The notes below the pieces were generated by a model that saw only the letters and a program-made list of their open reading frames with translations, had not been told where the DNA came from and made no database searches. This document shows positions 47,537-54,573 of a stretch of 54,573 nt of DNA, piece after piece. Origin of the DNA: Afipia sp. (GTDB lineage Bacteria; Pseudomonadota; Alphaproteobacteria; Rhizobiales; Xanthobacteraceae); NCBI GenBank assembly GCA_043784125.1, contig JAYVYQ010000071.1, forward strand, positions 1 through 54,573. Direction: 5' to 3'. The position numbers and the translations under genes are program-made. Position 1 is the first letter of the stretch. Each line of letters begins with the position of its first letter.

Positions 47537-49126
47537 ATGCTCAATACGCCCCGCTCACGCCGCGGCATGGTCACGTCGCCGCATCACCTCGCCTCCGAGG
47601 CTGGATTGCGCGTGCTGCGCGAGGGCGGCAACGCCATCGAGGCGACGCTTGCGATGGCCGCGAGCCTTCCCGTCGTCTATCCGCACATGAACTCGATCGG
47701 CGGCGACGGATTCTGGCTGATCTCGAAAGACGGCAAACCGCCGATTGCGGTGGACGGCTGCGGGGCATCCGCGCAAGCCGCAACAGTCGACTTCTACAAA
47801 AGCAAGAAGCTCACCGCGATTCCGCCGCGCGGCCCCCTCGCCGCCAATACCGTCGCCGGCACATTATCCGGCTGGGCCGAAGTCATCGCGATCAACGCCG
47901 AGATGGGCGGCAAGTTACCATTGTCGCGCCTCGTCGAGGACGCGGTGTGGTCGGCGGAGAACGGCTTTGCCGTCACCGCCACGCAGGAAGAACTGACGCG
48001 AACGAAATTCGCCGAATTGAAAGACTCGCCCGGATTCATCGATACGTTTTGCCTCGACGGCAAGCTGCCGAAAGAAGGGCAACTCATGAAGATGCCGCGC
48101 CTCGGCGCGACGCTGAAGCGTCTTGGTCAGCACGGCCCGATGGATTTCTACACCGGCACGCTGGCCAAAGAGATCGCAGCCGATCTCAAGCGCTGCGGCT
48201 CGATGGTCACGCTCGACGATCTCGCCGCCCACAAAGCCCAACGTCGCGAGGCACTGTCGGTCGCGGTGAAAGATTCGACGCTTTATAATTTCCCACCGCC
48301 GACGCAAGGCCTCGCCTCATTGATGATTCTTGCGATCTTCGAGCGGCTGAAGATTCAGGAGGCTGAGACGTTCGAGTATTTGCACGGGATTGTGGAGGCG
48401 ACCAAGCAGGCATTTCTGGTACGCGACCGCATCGTCGGCGATCCCGCAATAATGAAGGAGCAAGCCGAACATTTTCTGACGACGAATATTCTCGACGAAC
48501 TTGCCTCACGCGTGTCGCACCACCGCGCGCTGCCGTGGCCGGTGCCCGCCAATCCGGGCGACACGGTCTGGCTTGGCGCGATTGACAAGGACGGCATCGC
48601 CGTCAGCTTCATCCAGAGCATCTATTTTGAATTCGGCTCAGGCTGCGTTTTGGAAAACTCCGGCATCGTCTGGCAGAATCGCGGATCAAGTTTTCTTCTT
48701 GAGGGCAACGGGCCGCGCGCGCTGAAGCCGGGCCGCAAGCCGTTCCACACACTCAATCCCGCGATGGCGTTGTTCAACGACGGCCGCCGCATGGTCTACG
48801 GCAATATGGGCGGCGAAGGCCAGCCGCAGAGCCAGTCTGCGATCTACTCACGCTATGCGATGTACGGACAGGGATTGCAGGCGGCGATCACCGCGCCGCG
48901 CTGGTTGCTGGGTAAAACATGGGGCGACGCGACAGTCACGCTGAAACTGGAATCGCGTTTCGATCCCAAGGTCGTGCAGGCAATGCGCGACGCCGGTCAC
49001 GACATCGAGATGCTGGAAGATTTCACCTCGACGATGGGCCATGCGGGAGCAGTGGTGCGGCACGCAGACGGCATGTTCGAGGGTGCGACCGACCCGCGTA
49101 GCGACGGCGCGGCGATGGGGTTTTAG
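47537..49126 (+). CDS. hpxW: Ntn-hydrolase of the gamma-glutamyltransferase family, oxamate amidohydrolase (HpxW)-like
   Basis: No signal peptide; PHHLAS, VVYPHMN..GGDGFWLI, PGD-TVW autocleavage site, SFIQSIY.EFGSG, PFHTLNPA, RWLLG.TWG, MGHAGA, ATDPRS, matching HpxW as I recall it. Confidence 0.75.
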   Translation: MLNTPRSRRGMVTSPHHLASEAGLRVLREGGNAIEATLAMAASLPVVYPHMNSIGGDGFWLISKDGKPPIAVDGCGASAQAATVDFYKSKKLTAIPPRGPLAANTVAGTLSGWAEVIAINAEMGGKLPLSRLVEDAVWSAENGFAVTATQEELTRTKFAELKDSPGFIDTFCLDGKLPKEGQLMKMPRLGATLKRLGQHGPMDFYTGTLAKEIAADLKRCGSMVTLDDLAAHKAQRREALSVAVKDSTLYNFPPPTQGLASLMILAIFERLKIQEAETFEYLHGIVEATKQAFLVRDRIVGDPAIMKEQAEHFLTTNILDELASRVSHHRALPWPVPANPGDTVWLGAIDKDGIAVSFIQSIYFEFGSGCVLENSGIVWQNRGSSFLLEGNGPRALKPGRKPFHTLNPAMALFNDGRRMVYGNMGGEGQPQSQSAIYSRYAMYGQGLQAAITAPRWLLGKTWGDATVTLKLESRFDPKVVQAMRDAGHDIEMLEDFTSTMGHAGAVVRHADGMFEGATDPRSDGAAMGF

Positions 49127-49142
49127 AGTAGCAACTTTAGAG

Positions 49143-49233
49143 TTGTCATGGCCGGGCATGTCCCGGCCATCCCGATCATCGAAGCACCCTGCCAAATTTA
49201 TCGGGATCACCGGGACAAGCCCGGTGATGACAA
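49143..49233. repeat. CGTC/GTCAT-type REP dimer
   Basis: GTCATGGCCGGGCATGTCCCGGCCATC...GATCACCGGGACAAGCCCGGTGATGAC; two hairpins inside terminal inverted repeats. Confidence 0.85.
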
Positions 49234-49251
49234 ATACTTTGGCGCAGAATT

Positions 49252-50238
49252 TTAATTCACAAATTTTCCACCGAGTTCATCCTCGATATGAATCCGGATA
49301 ATATCGTCGAAGGTTTTTTCGGCAGTGGTGAAGCCGAGTTTCAACGCGCGGTCGGTGACGAAATTGCGCGGCCATCCCGCGACAATGCCCATGATGGTTT
49401 GATCGGGCTGACGCTTGATACGCTCGGTGACGTTCTTGCCCGCAACACGATCCAGCGCCGCGATCTGTTCGCCGACCGTCGCCGCCAATCCCGGCATGCT
49501 CAATGCGCGGCGCGGGCCAATCGTATTCAGATCCATCGTGCCTGCATGAAGCAGAAAGCCGACCGCCGAGCGCGGCGACGCGTGCCAGTGCATGACGTCT
49601 TCGGACACCGGCAACACGGCCTCTTTACCGGCGAGCGGCTCGCGAATGATGTTCGAGAAAAAGCCGGATGCGGCCTTGTTCGGCGTGCCGGGACGCACGC
49701 AGATTGTAGGAAGGCGGATGCTGACGCCATCCAGCAGGCCCTTGCGCGAATAATCCGAGATCAGCAGTTCGCCGATAGCTTTTTGCGTGCCGTAGCTCGT
49801 CAACGGCGTGGTGAAGAACTCGTCACCGATTTTCTCTGGGAACGGCGAACCGAACACCGCAATGGACGACGTGAACACGAGGCGCGGCCTATAGCCGCCG
49901 CCGATGGCGCGGATGGCGTCGATCAGATAGCGCGTGCCGTCGAGATTGATCCGGTAGCCCTTGTCGAAATCGGCTTCGGCCTCGCCCGACACGATGGCGG
50001 CAAGATGGAAAATCACATCCGGCTTTGCGGCGACGAGCTTTTCCACGGCGGGCTGCGACGACACATCCGCGGTCACGAGATCGACCGGCATCGACGTGCC
50101 TGCGGGCTTCGCGGGTGCAATGACGTCCTGCAACGTCATCTTGGAAATTTCGGATTTGCCGAGCTTGCCGTCGCGCGCCAGACGCTCTGCGAGTTTGCGG
50201 CCGACCATGCCGGCCGCGCCAAGAATGAGAATGTTCAA
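49252..50238 (-). CDS. denD: D-erythronate dehydrogenase-like extended SDR (TTG start)
   Basis: GAAGMVG, HLAAIVSGEAEADFD, SYGTQK, RPGTPNKAASGFFSNIIREPL, IVAGWP. Confidence 0.8.
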   Translation of the reverse strand: MNILILGAAGMVGRKLAERLARDGKLGKSEISKMTLQDVIAPAKPAGTSMPVDLVTADVSSQPAVEKLVAAKPDVIFHLAAIVSGEAEADFDKGYRINLDGTRYLIDAIRAIGGGYRPRLVFTSSIAVFGSPFPEKIGDEFFTTPLTSYGTQKAIGELLISDYSRKGLLDGVSIRLPTICVRPGTPNKAASGFFSNIIREPLAGKEAVLPVSEDVMHWHASPRSAVGFLLHAGTMDLNTIGPRRALSMPGLAATVGEQIAALDRVAGKNVTERIKRQPDQTIMGIVAGWPRNFVTDRALKLGFTTAEKTFDDIIRIHIEDELGGKFVN

Positions 50239-50253
50239 AGATAACTCCCGCTT

Positions 50254-50341
50254 TCGTCATGGCCGGGCATCGTCCCGGCCATCTACGTCTTGATGATAGT
50301 CCGGAAGACGTGGATGCCCGCGACAAGCGCGGGCATGACGA
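50254..50341. repeat. CGTC-type REP dimer
   Basis: CGTCATGGCCGGGCATCGTCCCGGCCATCTACGTCTT...AAGACGTGGATGCCCGCGACAAGCGCGGGCATGACG. Confidence 0.88.
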
Positions 50342-50354
50342 TCCGGACGATATG

Positions 50355-51266
50355 TTATTCCTTGACCGCGCCGGTCATGGCCGAGACGTAGTGCTCGACG
50401 AAGAAAGCGTAAAGGATCACCAGCGGCAATGAGCCGACCAGCGCGCCCGCCATCAGCGATCCCCATTTGTAGATGTCGCCGTCGACGAATTCGTTGACGA
50501 TGGCGACCGGCACCGTCTTGTTCTGCGTCGAGGACAGGAATGTCAGCGCGTAGATGAATTCGTTCCAGCACAGCGTGAACGAAAAGATAAAAGCGGAGAT
50601 CAGTCCCGGCACCGCCAGCGGCAGCACGATCTTGGTCAGAATCTGCCAGCGGCTGGCGCCGTCGATCAGCGCGCATTCCTCAAGCTCGAACGGAATGGTC
50701 TTGAAGTATCCCATCAGCAGCCACGTCGAGAATGGAATGAGCAGCGTCGGATAGACCAGAATGAGCGCCATCGGCGAGTCGAACAGGCCGTAGCTCTGGA
50801 TCACAGTGGCCAGCGGAATGAACAGGATCGAGGGCGGGATCAGGTAGGCAAGAAAGATCGACGCGCTGACGACGTTCGCGCCCTTGAAACGCAGGCGCAC
50901 GATGGCATAGGCGGCAAGCACGCTGGCAATAATCGAAATCAGCGTGGCCGCGCCCGCAACATACATCGTGTTCCACAGCCAGCGCGGATAGTTGGTCTCG
51001 AACAGCAATTTGTAGATGTGCTTGAAGGTCGGCTTCACCACCCAGAACGGGTTGAAGGTCTCCATGTCGATCAGCTGCTCGTCGGGTTTGATCGAGGTCA
51101 GCGCCATCCAGTAGAATGGAAACAGCAGCACCACGATCATGATGATCAGCGGGATGTAGAGCGTCACGATCTTGCTGGGCAAGGTTTCGAGATAGCTCAT
51201 GCCTTCGCTGTTGTCGCTCGACGACTGCTTGGCGGCGACGGCGGGTACTGCTGCGTGGTCAGTCAT
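50355..51266 (-). CDS. Carbohydrate ABC transporter permease (MalG-like)
   Basis: LFPFYWM, IPFELEECALIDGAS (EAA loop), WNEFIYA. Confidence 0.92.
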   Translation of the reverse strand: MTDHAAVPAVAAKQSSSDNSEGMSYLETLPSKIVTLYIPLIIMIVVLLFPFYWMALTSIKPDEQLIDMETFNPFWVVKPTFKHIYKLLFETNYPRWLWNTMYVAGAATLISIIASVLAAYAIVRLRFKGANVVSASIFLAYLIPPSILFIPLATVIQSYGLFDSPMALILVYPTLLIPFSTWLLMGYFKTIPFELEECALIDGASRWQILTKIVLPLAVPGLISAFIFSFTLCWNEFIYALTFLSSTQNKTVPVAIVNEFVDGDIYKWGSLMAGALVGSLPLVILYAFFVEHYVSAMTGAVKE

Positions 51267-52218
51267 TTTCGGAACCTTGCTGCCACTTGCGGCGCTGCAT
51301 GCCAAACCAGGAGATGGTGATGGCGGCGAGCAGGAATGGAATCATCGCGGTTGCAATCGCAGCGCCCTCGCCGAGACGGCCCGACAGGATGCCGCGCTGG
51401 TAACTCAGCGTCGCCATCAGATGCGTGGCGTTGACCGGGCCGCCGCGCGTCAGCGCCCAGATCAGCTGGAAATCCGTGAAGGTGAACAGCACCGAGAACG
51501 TCATCACGACTGCGATGATCGGCGTCAGCAGCGGATAGGTGATGAAACGAAAGCGCTGCCAGTTAGACGCGCCATCGAGCGTGGCGGCTTCATAAAGCGA
51601 CGGCGACACCGTCTGCAAACCCGCCAGAAGCGTAATCGCGACGAACGGCACGCCGCGCCAGATATTGGCGATGATGACGCTGGCGCGCGCCCACGATGAA
51701 TCGCCAAGGAAATTGATGTTGTGATCGATCAGCCCCATGTGCCGCAGCGACCACGAGATGATCGAAAATTGCGAATCGTAGATCCACCAGAATGCGATGG
51801 CGGACAGCACAGTCGGCACGATGAAGGGGATCAGAACCGCCGCACGGATCAGCGCCTTGAACGGCATGCTGCGATTGAGCAGCAGCGCGAGATAGAGGCC
51901 AAGTCCGAATTTGATAAAGCTGGCGACGATTGTGTAGAGCAGCGTGTTGAACACCGACAGCCAGAACACGCCATCGTCCCATAGCCACTCATAGTTCTCC
52001 AGACCGATGAAGACGCCCGGACGCCCGATGCGCACGTCGGTGAAGCTCATCCAGACGCCGAGGCCCAGCGGATAGGCCAGAAACATAATCAGGAAGCCGG
52101 CAGCCGGCAGCATGAACCAGAACGCAATCCAGTTCCTATTCACGACCAGCCGCTGCCATGGCGACAGCGAGCTGACGTAAGCCTTCTGCGCGGAGACGGG
52201 AGCGGGAATCGCTGTCAT
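51259..52218 (-). CDS. Carbohydrate ABC transporter permease (MalF-like)
   Basis: FIGLENY, LYEAATLDGAS (EAA loop), TRGGP. Confidence 0.92.
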   Translation of the reverse strand: MTAIPAPVSAQKAYVSSLSPWQRLVVNRNWIAFWFMLPAAGFLIMFLAYPLGLGVWMSFTDVRIGRPGVFIGLENYEWLWDDGVFWLSVFNTLLYTIVASFIKFGLGLYLALLLNRSMPFKALIRAAVLIPFIVPTVLSAIAFWWIYDSQFSIISWSLRHMGLIDHNINFLGDSSWARASVIIANIWRGVPFVAITLLAGLQTVSPSLYEAATLDGASNWQRFRFITYPLLTPIIAVVMTFSVLFTFTDFQLIWALTRGGPVNATHLMATLSYQRGILSGRLGEGAAIATAMIPFLLAAITISWFGMQRRKWQQGSEND

Positions 52219-52247
52219 GGTTCTGAACCTAGTTAAAGTCGATAAAG

Positions 52248-52278
52248 CCGCCGGCGCGAAAACGATCCGCGCCGGCGG
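52248..52278. other. Intercistronic hairpin after the solute-binding gene
   Basis: CCGCCGGCGCG-N9-CGCGCCGGCGG; typical mRNA-stabilising or partial-terminator structure. Confidence 0.55.
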
Positions 52279-52284
52279 TTGGTA

Positions 52285-53607
52285 TCAGCGATACAGACGC
52301 TTGGCCTGGCGTTCCGCAAAGGCGATCGAGCCCTTGAGGTCTTCGCGGCCGGTGCAGTAGTTGGCGAACATATCGACGACGACGAAGTCGGCGATGGCCG
52401 CTGCCGCGTTTTCACCGAGCGTGCCGAGACCGCCAGGGGTCAGGGTGCGCTTGGCAACATCGCGGAACACGGTCGCCTTCGGATCGGCGGTCCATACCGG
52501 GTTTTTGTCGGAGGCGTTGAGGAACGACGACAGGTAGCCCTTCGCGGAGGTGAGCCATGGATCGTACTGATCGGCTTCCATCATGAATGCGGTCAGCGCC
52601 TTACAGGCCTGCGGATACTTCGTGAAGTTGAAGGTCAGCATCGTGAACGGCAGATGCAGTTCGGTCGGCTTTCCGGCCGGTCCGATCGGCATGTAGGCGT
52701 GATTCATGTCGGCGGCGATTTCCTTGGCGGAAGTTTGCGCGGTAACATAGATCGAGATGCCGTTGCAGGTCGCGTGAAGCTGTCCGGCGACAAACGCCTT
52801 GTTGTTCGACGAGTCGTTCCACGACGCAGTGCCCGGAATGAATTCGCCATAGAGCGCCTTGACGTAGTCCAGCGCCTTGGCGGTTTCCGGAGAGTTGATG
52901 ATGACCTTGTCATCCTTGTCGACAAGATAACCACCATGCGACCACAACGCCCAATGAAGCCAGGTATTGGCGTCGCCCGATGCGTGGCCGAGCGCCATGC
53001 CTGCCGGCGTGCCGTTCTTGTTCAGGCCCTTGCACAATTCGAGGAAGCCCGCGGTGTCCTTCGGGAATTCCTTGAAGCCGGCCTTCTCCATCGAGCTGAT
53101 GCGATAGTTCATCAGCGCGCCGGTCGCAGCAACCGGAATGCCGATCCACTTGCCGTTTTTCTGACCGTAAGCAGCAGCCGACGGCGCCCAGCCGCCGTAT
53201 TTCTTGCCGAGATAATCGGCAACGTCGGTGACGTCGACGCACTTGGTCGGCAGCAGATGCGGCAGCGAATAGAGCCCCCACACCATGTCGAGGCCCTGCC
53301 CGGTGTTGGCTGCAACGGATGCCTTGGGCTGAAGATCGTCATAGGATTCGTTGGTGACAACCACTTCAACGCCGGTGGCCTTGGTGAAGGCCGCCATGAT
53401 GTTCATGAAGGCCACGTCTTCAGCTTCGACGAAACGCTTCCAGCGCAAGAGATTAATCTTGGCGCCCTTCTCCGGTTTCCACTGGGCGGTCTGCGCCCAG
53501 GCTTTTGCGAAGCCAAGCATCTGATCGGCGGATACCGTTGCGGCACCGGCAAGGACGGATGCGCCGCCCTTGAGCAATGAACGGCGGCTCGGAGTGAATT
53601 TATCCAT
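52285..53607 (-). CDS. ABC transporter sugar/sugar-acid binding protein with a Tat signal
   Basis: SRRSLLK twin-arginine signal; LLRW..FV, W.DSSNNKAF; SBP_bac_1-like. Confidence 0.9.
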   Translation of the reverse strand: MDKFTPSRRSLLKGGASVLAGAATVSADQMLGFAKAWAQTAQWKPEKGAKINLLRWKRFVEAEDVAFMNIMAAFTKATGVEVVVTNESYDDLQPKASVAANTGQGLDMVWGLYSLPHLLPTKCVDVTDVADYLGKKYGGWAPSAAAYGQKNGKWIGIPVAATGALMNYRISSMEKAGFKEFPKDTAGFLELCKGLNKNGTPAGMALGHASGDANTWLHWALWSHGGYLVDKDDKVIINSPETAKALDYVKALYGEFIPGTASWNDSSNNKAFVAGQLHATCNGISIYVTAQTSAKEIAADMNHAYMPIGPAGKPTELHLPFTMLTFNFTKYPQACKALTAFMMEADQYDPWLTSAKGYLSSFLNASDKNPVWTADPKATVFRDVAKRTLTPGGLGTLGENAAAAIADFVVVDMFANYCTGREDLKGSIAFAERQAKRLYR

Positions 53608-53694
53608 CGTCTTTCGTCTCCCTGTTGTACCGGCTTCGTTTTGTCCCGTGCCGGCTGTTGATCGGTCGTCGGTAGATTACATGTAGCGGCTGCG

Positions 53695-54573
53695 TCAGTT
53701 GATGAGACGCTTGCCGGTCTCCTTGTCGAAAATATGGGCCGCGCTCGGTATCGGGCGCAGCTTGACCTTGTCGCCGGGCTTGACCGGACGGCGGTCGCGA
53801 ATGACCGCAATAATGTCCTGCTTGCCGATCCGCGCGACGATCTGGGTTTCCGATCCGGTCGGCTCGACCACGACGACTTCGGCTTCGATGCCATCATCGG
53901 CGAACTCAAGATGTTCCGGACGAATGCCGTAGACCACCGCCTTGCCTTCGAGCCCCGCACGCGTCGCCGCCAGCGGCAACTTGCTGCCGTTTGCGGTCTC
54001 GACGCAGGGCTGCCCGCTGGTCGAGAGTTTTCCTTCGAGAAAATTCATCGCGGGCGAACCGATGAAGCCGGCGACGAATTTGTTGTCCGGATGATCGTAC
54101 AGATCCAGCGGCGTTCCCATCTGCTCCACGATGCCGTCCTGCATGACGACGATCTTGTCCGCCATGGTCATGGCCTCGATCTGGTCGTGGGTGACGTAAA
54201 CCGTGGTCGTCTTCAGCCGCTGATGCAGCTCCTTGATTTCGGTGCGCATCGCGACGCGCAGCTTGGCGTCGAGATTCGACAGTGGCTCGTCGAACAAAAA
54301 CACCTGCGGGTCGCGCACGATGGCGCGGCCCATTGCCACGCGCTGGCGCTGGCCGCCAGACAACTGCCGCGGATAACGATCAAGCAAAATGGTCAATCCG
54401 AGAATCTCGGCAGCGCGATTGACCAGCTTGTCGATCTCGGCCTGGTTTTCTTTTCGCAGCTTGAGCGAGAAGCCCATGTTCTGCGCCACCGTCATATGCG
54501 GATACAGCGCGTAGTTCTGGAACACCATCGCGATGTCGCGCTCGCTCGGTTCGACGTCGTTGACGACGCGCCC
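53695..54573 (-). CDS. ABC ATPase (MalK/UgpC family), 5' end beyond the window
   Basis: RDIAMVFQNYALYPHM, LSGGQRQRVAMGR, DEPLSNLD, YVTHDQ, TOBE tail. Confidence 0.95.
   Translation of the reverse strand, partial: GRVVNDVEPSERDIAMVFQNYALYPHMTVAQNMGFSLKLRKENQAEIDKLVNRAAEILGLTILLDRYPRQLSGGQRQRVAMGRAIVRDPQVFLFDEPLSNLDAKLRVAMRTEIKELHQRLKTTTVYVTHDQIEAMTMADKIVVMQDGIVEQMGTPLDLYDHPDNKFVAGFIGSPAMNFLEGKLSTSGQPCVETANGSKLPLAATRAGLEGKAVVYGIRPEHLEFADDGIEAEVVVVEPTGSETQIVARIGKQDIIAVIRDRRPVKPGDKVKLRPIPSAAHIFDKETGKRLIN

Noticed and set aside
49143-50341. REP dimers as a CRISPR array or IS ends
   Set aside because: There is no repeat-spacer periodicity and no cas or transposase gene; they match dispersed palindromic repeats.

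Overview
GC-rich alphaproteobacterial chromosomal segment. Gene content, order and repeat families point to Nitrobacteraceae/Bradyrhizobiaceae (Afipia/Bradyrhizobium/Rhodopseudomonas-like); this is inference only. It looks like conserved chromosome: I see no integrase, transposase, phage gene, CRISPR array or rRNA/tRNA. Left to right: an EcfF/OsrA-type ECF sigma/anti-sigma pair; acyl-CoA enzymes; a TolC + heavy-metal-type RND pump; the imuA-imuB-dnaE2 mutasome with a LexA box; an EcfG-promoter-driven YciF ferritin-like gene; M20 hydrolase and GMC oxidoreductase; a carboxyltransferase/biotin-carrier/TAXI-TRAP module lacking a biotin carboxylase; a ~16.5 kb hopanoid cluster (hpnO, DUF2147, hpnN, dxs, ispH, hpnH, hpnG, shc, hpnE, hpnD, hpnC, hpnP); a sigma54-promoter oxlT next to an HpxW-like oxamate amidohydrolase; and denD behind a sugar ABC operon. 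The best leads are (1) a canonical alphaproteobacterial SOS box directly upstream of dxs-ispH-hpnH, suggesting DNA-damage control of isoprenoid/hopanoid synthesis, (2) the oxlT/hpxW pairing, and (3) the biotin-carboxylase-less carboxylase module with a possible gene scar. Product calls come from motif recognition and recalled family sequences, not database searches.
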